DNA of 63,516 nt, filler included. It is 12 parts of 12 records of this genome, joined end to end, with 100 filler letters (N's around TTAATTAATTAA, not from the genome) between each part and the next. Parts side by side here need not be neighbours in the genome. Positions count along the whole stretch, not along the records: positions 9,503 to 14,487 come from SRR15195285_370; positions 14,588 to 17,669 come from SRR15195285_371; positions 17,770 to 22,665 come from SRR15195285_374; 9 more parts are not named here. One strand, given 5' to 3'. A program made the position numbers and the translations under genes. Below are positions 9,527 through 19,780 of the stretch, piece after piece. The notes below the pieces were generated by a model. It did not search any database. It was given only the letters and a program-made list of their open reading frames with translations, and was not told the origin of the DNA. How positions within the stretch are numbered: the stretch's first letter is position 1; each line of letters begins with the position of its first letter.

Positions 9527-12500
9527 AAGCAGAGGACATTGCCGACGACGAGCATCGCAAAGAAGCTCAGGCCGCTGTATCCTCCGAGGCGCTGCAGCAA
9601 CTCTCTTCGCGTCTCTCGGAGCTGGATGCAGGGTTCGGAGCCCTAGCTGAGGCTGACGAAGGGACACCGCCTGAAAGCCAGACAAAAAAGCCGCGCGGTG
9701 CAAAAAAGAAGAAAAACAGAAAATACGCGGGCGGGCAGCGCGCCCAGAGTAGCCCACTATCGAATGCTGGGCAGCTGACTACGCTGGAGAAGTCCGTTTC
9801 CGCCACGCCAGACCAAGTGCATGGAAACTACGACGATCACAAGGTGGCTACTCCAACGCGGAGACCGGATGCGCAGCGCGCTGCGCGGCGCCTGCAGGTG
9901 CAGCAGCGGTGCGCTCGCATTGCGCAGCAAAGCATCGAGATGAGCCCTCGTGTGCTGGGGGCTCAAGCGACCGCAGCGACGTTATCGGCAGAGATAGGAA
10001 CTCCCCAGTCTTCGGATCACTATCGCAGGTCAGGCGGCCTCATTGCAGACGATCTCGTCGCACAAGTGCGAACGCTGCGGGGCGAGGAGCTGCTGGAACA
10101 CCACGAAGACGTTGCCGCTCAGAGCGTCCAAGCAGCTCCGCTGAATAGCAGCGCCGTACCTCGGGCATCACCCCGGGCATCGCCTCGGGCATCAGCTCAG
10201 AGGTCGCCGACCGCCTGGAGCGAAGGCCCACATCACACAGAGCTGCCAGATAGTGGCACATCTCGAAAGGTTAAGGACAAGCGAGCAAGGGTGGTTCCAA
10301 AGGTAGCGCATGGAGCCAGGTTTCTGCGACCGACACGCTCCGCGCAAGGGCGTATGGAGGAGCAAACAGCGGCAGCACGAGCGGTCGCCACCAAGCAGAA
10401 GCAGGCTCAGCGCAGGCTGCTCACTGCCGCTGAGCGCGGCAGACCGCGGGGGGCTGGCAAAGGTGAACCTACGCGTGATGCTCTGCAATGCGGGCACTCG
10501 CCGCGTGCAGAGGAACGGTCCCGTAGATTGCGCTCGCCAGCTCGACAGATGGAACACGTCACCAGATTGAGTGAGCCCAAGAATGTCCAAACTCGCAGCA
10601 CACGAGCGAACTCTGCCACAACGACTGCCCAGAAGAGTATTGTCTTCAACAGCGGCAGTCAGGCACAGAAGCTGACACCGCAGAGCTTTCGCCAGTCTCC
10701 TTTCAGTTCACTTGATGATGAGAGGAAGGAACAAGCCACAAAAACACGTCAGCTTTCCGCCCGGCGGCAGGCAATGCAGGTCGTTGCGAAGGAGCGCGAC
10801 ATCACCGCAGTGCGTCTAATGATATCGAACCATCTGCCTGCATGTGTACTACAATGTCATGTTTGCAGTGTCTCAGGGCCTGAGTGCGTTGTTGCAGGCA
10901 CAGCTATCGCAGCACTTGAAAGAGTGCCCTGATGTGGAACGGCGTCAGATTGTGGAGCGGCTCAAGGCTGCAGCTGCAGAGATAGAAGACGGAGACCATA
11001 ATTACAATGAGCAGCCAGAGCGACATCAGCCCAGCCAACAGAACACGATCGCGCCGGAGGCCAAGTTTACACAGCCGCGTGTCCAGACGATGCGAGAGCT
11101 GGAGCAAAAGGACAGGCCTGGCCGAAAGGGCTACCGCCGCTCGACCCGCCTCACCTCTCCTGACCCGAGCCCACGGCTGCTCTCACCAACAAGAGCAAGC
11201 GCTGCGCGCGCAGAAGTTGTTGCAGCACATCTCGCTAGTCTTGGGATGGGCGCGGAATGGATTGATGCGCCTCCTGGCGTAGGCCACTACGCACCAAAAC
11301 ACCAGACAGACCTGAGTGAAGTGACGAGGCCGAACAGGAGCCAGCAGGGATCCTTCTCCAAATCTGAAGATATCGAGATCGGCTCGAGCGGGCACTATAT
11401 TGTAACAGGAAAGCTTCGGCCGGTCTCGCCAGAGCAAGATGGTCTTGCAAGTGTCAGCATTCCTCAGCCGCATTCGCTGGTGCGCACTAAGTCTGATATT
11501 GCAAAGCATGTGTCGAAGCTCCACTCTTGGGACCAGCAGACGAAGTGTAAAAAAGAAGAGCTGACAGAAACGCACCACGCATCGTTCGCGACAAAACATA
11601 AGCAAGTCCTCGAGAGCTCGTTTCACAGCAAGCTGGGCCTCAGCAATGAAGGTGGTCAAGCTGCCGCAATGAAATCGCTTGCCCAACCGACAGACAGGAC
11701 ACGAGAGCAGGAAATTGCAGAGCAACAGGTCAGTTCGCTGCCATTTACACCGCAGCTGGATGCATCTTTTGCCGCAAAAGGTATTGGTCAGTCGACACCA
11801 GCTCAGGGCGATCAAGAGGACGAGGCCAGCGGAAGGAAGGCTGGCCGAGGCGGTCAAGGTGCACTGTCTGAGCGCCTTTCGTCCCCGCGCAGGGTCTCAG
11901 CAATGGCACACGACAAATGGGCACCGGACCAGGTGACTCGACGAGTTTGCATACACGTATCTCCATCCGATCCAGTGGGGACGATGTGTCGCTTCTGTCA
12001 ACCATCAGCCATCTCAGATCACAACTCATTGTATGATGATCAGCACAACATAACCGTCGGGCATGCAGGCCATCTGTCTTGGTCAATGGATCATGATGGG
12101 CATGTCAACGAAATCATGGAGAAAACGCGATCATTCTCAACAAAAGGTGCTGGGGAGCAGCATGTAGTGGACTTGCACGGGCACGAGACTGCATCTCGGA
12201 AGCAAAGGCCGCATCAAACCCAAGAAGAGATGCAAGCCTTCAACGCGCGTGAGCTTAGCGAAAAAGAGCTTAAGAGCTTGCTGCAGAGAGTGCGTGGCGG
12301 CAAACTGCCGAAGTGCGCGGCAACAAGCGACCTTCGGGCGAAGCAGGCGAAGGAAGTCTCGGCCATTAAGTCTAGCGGAGAAGACTACCTCGCGCTGAGG
12401 CTTCATAGTACGCACCAGACAATGCTCGAGAAGTTGGATTCTGCGCGAAAGGCACTCAAGCAGCGCGAAGAGGCCAGTACATCCTTCGTGCCAAAGCTGT

Positions 12501-13492
12501 CTCCAGGTTCGAGACGAATGATGTCCCCGCGCAAAGAGCATGCGCCACTGGCAGCATCTAGTCATGCAAAGACAAGCGAAGAGAGCAGCATGGCGGACGT
12601 GGCTGCGGTTGCACGGGAGTTGGAGGTCGGCCTTGCTGTTGAGCTTGATGAGCTGGAGGCCTTGGAAGCAGCCGAACTTGCGAGCATGGAAATGGCGGCC
12701 ACGCAAGAAGCTGATGAGGTGCACACCACTGACGCTGCTGTGGCCGAGCTGGTGGAGGTCAAGACGACGGCCAAGTCGAATGTGATCACAGTAACGTGTC
12801 CTGAGGGCTCCCAGTCAGGGAGTGTCATCATGGTCGAGATGGATGGACTAGAGATTGAAGTGGAGATACCGGAGGGCGTGGTCCCAGGTGGTGCATTTGA
12901 CATTGAGTTTGATGATGGCTCTGATGAGGACGATGAGACGCCAACGGCACCCGATTCTACCACCGTTGATGCATTGTCATCACTTGCATCTACTGAACAA
13001 AATGCAGCGATCGTGGTGCAGAGGCAGTGGCGTGGCTACCGCGTCCGTGCACGTCCTGCTTTGCCGAAGACCAGCCCTAAAATCTCAAATACCGACGAGA
13101 TTGAGCCTGCAAATGACAGTATCGGGCAGCTGCTCGGTCCACACAATTCCAATAGTAGGATGACGGCGCATGGTATCGATATACCAGCCTCAGCCAAAGA
13201 TCGTCGGGCATCGTTAGTGCTTGCATCGAACAGGATCGAAGGGCTTGAAGCGATGTTCAGCCAGTTGAAGGATGACCTCGCAGGACCAGGGTCGATCACT
13301 GCTGCGACAACCTCGGGGGGAACAGGAACGCAGCAGCCAACAGAACCTGCAAATGTATCTCCCAAGAAGGAGGAATTAGTGTTCTCAGAACTCGCAGGCA
13401 TACTTGACGCAAGCACTGATGACGACAGCAGTAGTGGTAGCGATGACAGCAGCCTCGATTTGCAGAGCCTAGGTGTGAAGGATGTGATGTAG
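9505..13492 (+). CDS. Large low-complexity/coiled-coil protein with IQ motif and a small beta-module (5'-partial)
   Basis: The frame is open from the contig start (poly-Q from a CAG repeat). Intron 10810-10897 (alternative acceptor 10876) joins the 9817 and 10844 ORFs. IQ-like AAIVVQRQWRGYRVR; module ITVTCPEGSQSGSVIMVEMDGLEIEVEIPEGVVPGGAFDIEF. Confidence 0.7.
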
Positions 13493-13988
13493 TCGACGGT
13501 TGACAGACGTCGGTGGACAGACGGGCGGTCATGGTGGCTGGGGACAGGGATTAGGCGGAGGAGCTCCTGACGGTGTGCTGTTCGACGTTGAACATTCGAC
13601 GACTTTGGCTCCGTTGACCCTGCTGCTGCGTACACTATTCGAATACAATCATGTTGTGCGCTCAATTATGCATGGCAAGCTGCGCAAGTGTGATGGCGCG
13701 TCATCTACTAGTAGATAGTGGGACAGTGCTAGATAGCAGACTGTTTCCCCAAGAGATGAAGGTAGACCACGAGCACGTGTGGAAACGCATAGGCGACTGA
13801 GCCGTGCTGCGTGGTGTGCCGAGAGTGGTGCTCGGAGAGGAGCCTTGGAAGTCTGTATTGTGTCGTGACAACGGCACCTCAAAGAGCGGTCAGAGTGTCA
13901 CACCGGCACTCATCACACCTTGGTCGTGTAGTCCGTACGCAGCACTCTGCACCATCCTACTGCACCTCACTTTCCACTGGGGACGAAG

Positions 13989-14487
13989 CTACTGCATGCT
14001 CTTAGCTCCTCGAGGGCGACCCCGCAAGATCTTGTCTTTTGCTTCAATCACAGGATGTTTCAGTCCGCGAGCGCCAAGCTCCCTCACTAGATCGTCCATT
14101 TTGCGTTCGAACGGTTCTTGTTGGAGCGTTTCGCCGAAGAGGCCGTACCATAACGACGCGCCCAGCAGCAAACCCAGCCAGCCGTCAGCTTCATAGCCCT
14201 CCCTGCCAAACACCATTGGCAGAAATCAAGTCACTTAGGAGAAGGCCCCGTGGGGTAAGAGACCGAGGTCTGATCTCTATCTACAAACTTGTCATGTTTG
14301 TGACGCTACTAGACGCAACTCTACTCACTGCATCAACAGCGGGACGCGGTCCTTCTTCTTTTGCATTCCATATTGTGCTTCCATGCGGCAGTTCGACGAC
14401 TCCTTGTAAGCACGAGAAACACCAATGAGCATGACTGCACAACCTTCAACAGCCAGTGCCATCGTATCGACGGTCGAGCCTTTCATT
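13989..14487 (-). CDS. TIR (TIR_2-type) domain protein, 3' part, 2 visible exons (5'-partial)
   Basis: Exon 14487-14329 gives MKGSTVDTMALAVEGCAVMLIGVSRAYKESSNCRMEAQYGMQKKKDRVPLLMQ. Intron 14328-14203 is GTGAGT...GGCAG. Exon 14202-13989 gives EGYEADGWLGLLLGASLWYGLFG...FERKMDDLVRELG. The YKES-x-NCRMEA and DGWLG motifs are typical of eukaryotic TIR_2 domains. Confidence 0.88.
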
Positions 14488-15057
14488 NNNNNNNNNNNNN
14501 NNNNNNNNNNNNNNNNNNNNNNNNNNNNNNNTTAATTAATTAANNNNNNNNNNNNNNNNNNNNNNNNNNNNNNNNNNNNNNNNNNNNGGCTGCGGGGTGC
14601 AATCTGGGCACTGCTGCATGAGATCCTCAAATCCTCCGATATTCCCGCCTCAAGCGCTGCATACATCGGCACCGCGGGCGCGGCGCCCCGGCGCTCTGCA
14701 TGCAGCGAGGACGACACTGCTGGTGCTGCTCGCTCGCGGCGTGCTTAGAAGTGACCACTACTCGAGTATGGACTCTGAATGTCTGAAAGTCTATAGTTAC
14801 GCTGCAAATTGAGCCATTAGAGCTCTACTGTCGGCTGTCTCGTTGATCGCGACGCGCGACACCAGCCGTCTCCGACGAACATAACAGTTGATCGATCTGT
14901 GACGTGTGAGTGCACTTTTAAGGACTCGTTGGCTCGTCAAATCGTTGATGTTGCTCCAAGACAGGGCAAGCTTTCCTGCATTTTGCACCTGATACACGGT
15001 GATTGGTTGATGCCACAGAGAGTACGGGACGGCTCGGCTGGTGTGTTTCGCCCCCAG

Positions 15058-16618
15058 ATGGCTGCGATGTCGCGGCAGGAGTGGCAGGCTGCCCACGCGC
15101 CGCAGCTCAGCAGCCAGGGCGTGCCTCCGCACCTGTGGCCTGCTCTGCAGGCGAAGCTCACGGGCCAGGTCTTTGATGCGGGGGAGCACCTGATGTTGGA
15201 TTGGGATGCGGATGGCACGGGCTGGCACGTGCTGGTCGCTAACCCAGACGGGCTGCGTGCCGAAGATCCGAACGCGATCTTTCTGGTAGACCACGCCTGG
15301 AGGTGCGCTGCGCAGCGTCTAAACTTTCGGGCGTTCTTCGCACCTGACAGGCGCGATGTGTGGCAGCTACACACGCGCCAGTGCACGGCATGCGCTGGAG
15401 CAGGTAGACGGCCTGCTCGGCCGTGTGGTTGGACTGCTGGACATGGAGGATGAGCAGGATGAACAGCAGGAAGAGGAAAGTGACGAGCTGAAGGCATCGT
15501 TGCTCAGTTCTGTCTTGAAACAAGGCCAGCCGGTATCGGAAACAGCTGTCGACATCCGAATGTCCACCATTCCGGAAGCGGGAAACGGTGCACACGCCAA
15601 GGTACAGATGGATGCTGGCATGTTTCTTGGCACATACGCTGGGGAGCACTTGAGCACGGCTGAGGCGCAGGCACGGTATCCGCGTGGCGATGCCTACTAC
15701 TTGCTTGCCGTGCCGGGCGAATCGGACGTGCTTGTCGACGCAGTCGATCCAAGCAAGTCCAACTGGTTGCGCTATCTTAACCACGCGAGAGGAGCAAAGT
15801 GTAACTGCGTAATGTTGGACGGTGGGCGGGTGCGCATCATCCCTTTGCTCACGGCAGCATTAGACATTCGCAACGCGTGCTGCTGATGTCGAACTGGGCC
15901 TGTGGGACTGGCGCAGGTGGTGACAAAACGCAGAGTCATGGCAGGTGACGAGCTGCTCTTCGACTACGGTCGTGCCTACTGGAAGAAGGCGTACTTTTTT
16001 GCTAACAGCTTCGCACAGACGCCCGCTGATGCTGTGGCTGAGAACAGTGCCGAGGCCTCCGAGTCTAGCGCGGCGCAAATCGACAAAGTCCTGGACCGTT
16101 TGAATCACGACCCGCGGCTGCTTCGCTGCTGCTACCGAGTTGTACCACAGCCTGACGGCGACGGCAGTTGTGACGACAATGGATTGGTCTACTTTCTCAT
16201 GGACGAAGTTGGCAGCCGTGTGCGGACTATCACGGATGATAAGCTGGCCACCGAGAGTGTCAGCAGTGACAGCAGCAAACAGCCAGGCCGAGGAGACTCG
16301 GGTGCCGAGCAATGTTGCGAGAGCGATGAAAGTCCGCAGGCCAAAGACGAAGCCAACGAGGCGAATGAATCCAGATTGGATAGGGTTTTGAAGCTCAACG
16401 TTGCTGAGGTGCCGCCGGAATCTATTGGACAGGAACAACCCGAGCCGGCAAGCGAAGACCCACAGCAGGCAGAGGCGGTAGAAACGAGACGACGCCCGAG
16501 CAAGATGGCCCGAGTAGGGATGGCGCTGCTACATCATATGAGTGAAGGAGTGATGTATAGCTTGCTCTGGCTGCGTGAAGACGCTGCTGAAGGCGCGGAG
16601 CTCATCAGCGTGGTGTAA
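15058..16618 (+). CDS. TTLL12-type N-terminal (SET-like) region with an inserted PR/SET domain; no TTL ligase domain; 3 exons
   Basis: TTLL12-like HAPQLSSQGVPPHLW...LTGQVFDAG...AIFLVDHAW, VYFLMDEVGSRV and YSLLWLRED. Inserted STIPEAGNG...GTYAGE...VDAVDPSKSNWLRYLNHAR...GDELLFDYG. Exons 15058-15302, 15367-15829, 15917-16618. Confidence 0.8.
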
Positions 16619-16687
16619 TGACCCATGCATTCAAATGAACATTACTCCACGTCCAGCCCCGTCGATCGGTTGACTAGATGTGCACAC

Positions 16688-17482
16688 TCATACCCGTCGA
16701 GTGTCGCCCTTACGAGTGTCGGTATCGAGCAGTCGTTGCTGCAACCCTGCGTCGAAAAGACCCGAGTCAGTCGCGTACTGCTGATGGTGACCACTCGGCC
16801 CCTTCCTAGACCCTGTTCCTGCCTCTGCCGCGCCCAACACATCCTCCAGCTGATGCAGGTGCTCATCCAGAGCAACAAAATCGCGGAATGCCTTCGTATT
16901 CCACGCAAGGCCGCCCGGGCCAGCGAGATGCCGAGCCCATCGATCAGCATAAGCTCGACGCAACTCCATCTGCTGTGGGTCCTCGCTACCGCGTCTCCGT
17001 GGTGGCCAGGTCAGCGACGCCAACGCGGGGTCCGCAACAGCACGTGCCTGCAGGGCACCGGTAAAGGCGAGGTCTTCGAACTGCGAGCAGCGCTTTTGAA
17101 CTGTCCAACGCACTGACTCCGGAGCATGCTCAGTGCCCCCGGCGACGGAGAAGCAGAGGTACGTCTGGGAGACTACCTTTGGCACGCTGACTGCCAGCAC
17201 CAACCCAATGGGCAGCGGTGATGGTGGTGGCGCTGGCGCTGGCGAAGCGGTCCCGCCAGCCCGGTTGATTCCAATGGGCGGCGGCGCGGTGCCCTGGCGA
17301 CAACGCTGGCAAAATATGCCAAGTATCACCAGCAGCACCGCGATGGTAGCAACGGCAGCGTAGATCGCCTCTGTCGAGAGCACATGCGGCGGATTGTGGC
17401 CGCTGCCGCCTGCACTGCCGTCCTCAGCGTGCACCGCCAAAGCACCTCTCCAATTCTCTTCACCTCCCAGCAGACCTGCCAT
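16688..17482 (-). CDS. Single-pass membrane protein with PX (phox)-like domain
   Basis: TM segment AIYAAVATIAVLLVILGIFC, a Pro-rich linker, then WTVQKRCSQFEDL...TWPPRR...MELRRAYADRWARHL...AFRDFVAL, which matches the PX pattern. Confidence 0.6.
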   Translation of the reverse strand: MAGLLGGEENWRGALAVHAEDGSAGGSGHNPPHVLSTEAIYAAVATIAVLLVILGIFCQRCRQGTAPPPIGINRAGGTASPAPAPPPSPLPIGLVLAVSVPKVVSQTYLCFSVAGGTEHAPESVRWTVQKRCSQFEDLAFTGALQARAVADPALASLTWPPRRRGSEDPQQMELRRAYADRWARHLAGPGGLAWNTKAFRDFVALDEHLHQLEDVLGAAEAGTGSRKGPSGHHQQYATDSGLFDAGLQQRLLDTDTRKGDTRRV

Positions 17483-17922
17483 GGCCTCGCCGTGGAGCCT
17501 CAGACTTGTAGTGATGTAGTCTCACGGAGAGTCAGTTTATACCCGCGGTACGGTACAGTGCACGACCGACGGCCGGAGCCGCTACGCACGTACGCCGTCA
17601 TGCACGCGGGGCGCGCGGCGAAAGCCCGAGAGCGCGCGGCGAGTTTGCAGTTTCGAGAAGCCGGCCAGGNNNNNNNNNNNNNNNNNNNNNNNNNNNNNNN
17701 NNNNNNNNNNNNNTTAATTAATTAANNNNNNNNNNNNNNNNNNNNNNNNNNNNNNNNNNNNNNNNNNNNTCCTGTGTATGTTTGACTTTTTCATACTGTT
17801 TACATATTTCCAATCTAACTCCGCCATTGATCCTACGAGTTTTCATCGGAGACCTGCTGCAGTACCCAGGTTCGAGGTTACGAATGCGCCGGCGCCGGCG
17901 TATCGTACATAGGCGCGTGTCT

Positions 17923-17940
17923 GCTAGCTAGCTAGCCCGG
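17923..17940 (+). promoter_or_regulatory. Candidate upstream element GCTAGCTAGCTAGCCCGG (copy 1)
   Basis: An identical 18-mer occurs at 54698-54715. Both lie 80-160 nt upstream of a + strand ATG on different contigs. Confidence 0.4.
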
Positions 17941-18095
17941 CGGTATAGCTGGCAGAGCGGCCGCGGCGAGTGGATCGCAACGAAGAGGGAACGAGCGAAG
18001 CTGCGCCTCGTGGGCGCGGATGTGACGGCCTGCCTCCGCCTGAGCTCGACGCAGCACGCTGACATATGACCGGCAAATAGAGCTCGATCAGATTG

Positions 18096-19648
18096 ATGTC
18101 AGTTGCCCAAAGGCGACGAGAAGCCGCCGCGCCGGAGAGCACCTGGGGACAGCGCTTCCTGGCGTCATGCAGCGCGGTTGGTCAGAAAGCGTGCACGGAA
18201 GTGGGGCGGCACCCGTTCAGGACGGTCTACATCTCCGCCGTGGCGCAGCGCGGCCGCAACTCACAGCTCTACCCGTTTCAGGGCCATTTCTCTGGCATCC
18301 TCTCGATCAACGAGCGCGAGGGCCCGATGGGCCTGCTCAAAGGTGCGGGGCCTCGTGTTGCAGCCGAAGGGCTACGAGTGCTGCTCGGTGCACCCGGCAT
18401 CGACGCCACTGCCATCGAGCTGGACGCACGCGCTCGCCGCCGCAAGGCGTTGCGGAAGTCGGGCGTGAGCGCGGAGGTCCTGAGCGCAGGCAATGAGCTG
18501 CTAATCGAGTTGGGACGCATGCTGATCGTGACTGGCATTACCCACCCACTGGAGCTCGTCGCGACGCGATTAATGACGGAGGACGACTCGATGTGCGTTC
18601 CCCTGCGACTGCCTGGATTCCTTGCACGTTTCTGACTTGACTCCGTCAAATCCCCGTGGTGATGGCCTTTGCCAGGTATGGAAACTTCTACGAAGCGGTG
18701 CGGGTGATATTAGAGGAGAGTGCTGCCGGTGACAGCTGGCTGGGCCATTTCGAGGGATTTTATCGCGGTTTTCAAGCAAGTCTGATGTTGCAAGCGGTTG
18801 AGCTACTGCGCGATCGGGTATGCACTTTCCAAGCCACACCTGTATCCACAAGCACGCCGGCATTGTTTAAAAACTGAGTAGACCTAGCGGTGCGATGACG
18901 ATGCCTGCTACAAAGTACCGAGTCTCGCTGCACTGCAGCTTTGGCTTTCTCTTTCAATCTCCATCCTTTACCCTTCCTTGCACACCCGAATGCAACAGCT
19001 GGTAGGCAACTGGAGGCAGCAGGTTGTGGACACGGCAGTCGAGTGGCTCGGCTACGTCCCCGATCCTGCCATCCCCGATGTGGACTCTGCAGGGTTCCCG
19101 GTACCCAACGACGAGTGGCTGCAGCAGCGGCAGCGCCGTGGTGCGTCTGCAGCTCCACAAGATTCAACCTGTTTCAGGACGCCGCATAGGTGCGGCGGAA
19201 ATTTTGTGCCCCACTGACTTTTCGGTGGGCTGACAGGAGACGAGTCCCTCCTGTGGCGCGCAACAAAGTTCCTTGTTGGGTTCGGAGGCATCGGTTTGGC
19301 GCGGATTTCTGTCTCAGTTTGTCGAACTCGGCTCGTTCTTGCCCATACACCGCACGAGACCGCCATGCAGGCGCTGCGCGAGGCAGCCCCTCTGACGGTG
19401 AAATCCAGCAGTGCTTTTGTTAGACTGATAGCGATGCGCTTGCTAACAGCGGCCTTGTTTCGGTTGCGCGACAGGCCCAGTCGCGAACCGAGCTAATGAA
19501 CATTGGGTGGGCAGTCGCGTGGGGTTGGTTGCCGATGACGCTTGCTGGTCTAGTCGTGCAGACAATTGCTTCTGCTGCTCTGAACGAAATGGCGACGGAC
19601 CAGATTGGAAAGTATGAGATTGCGAAGGCCAGCGCTGGTAGTAAGTGA
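18096..19648 (+). CDS. Divergent mitochondrial carrier family (SLC25-like) protein, 5 exons
   Basis: Carrier signatures HPFRTV...GLLKGAGPRV and THPLELVATRL...YGNFYEAVRVI...GFYRGF; the third repeat is degenerate. Exons 18096-18592, 18676-18817, 18999-19140, 19237-19397, 19475-19648. Confidence 0.75.
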
Positions 19649-19780
19649 GACAACGCCGTACTGAACTGTCTATGTGGTGGATGCATAGCAATATGTAACT
19701 ATGTAGTCGCGTCACACAACGCATGCGCTGCAATTCCTGACCTGCTAGGAGAAACGACTGTGAGTCTACAGCTGAGCCCG

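Noticed and set aside
1-14487. TIR genes on contigs 1 and 3 as a clustered defence island
   Set aside because: They lie on separate contigs, so there is no evidence of physical linkage.
17850-17890. CCAGGTTCGAG resembling a tRNA T-loop
   Set aside because: No acceptor, D or anticodon stems could be built around it.
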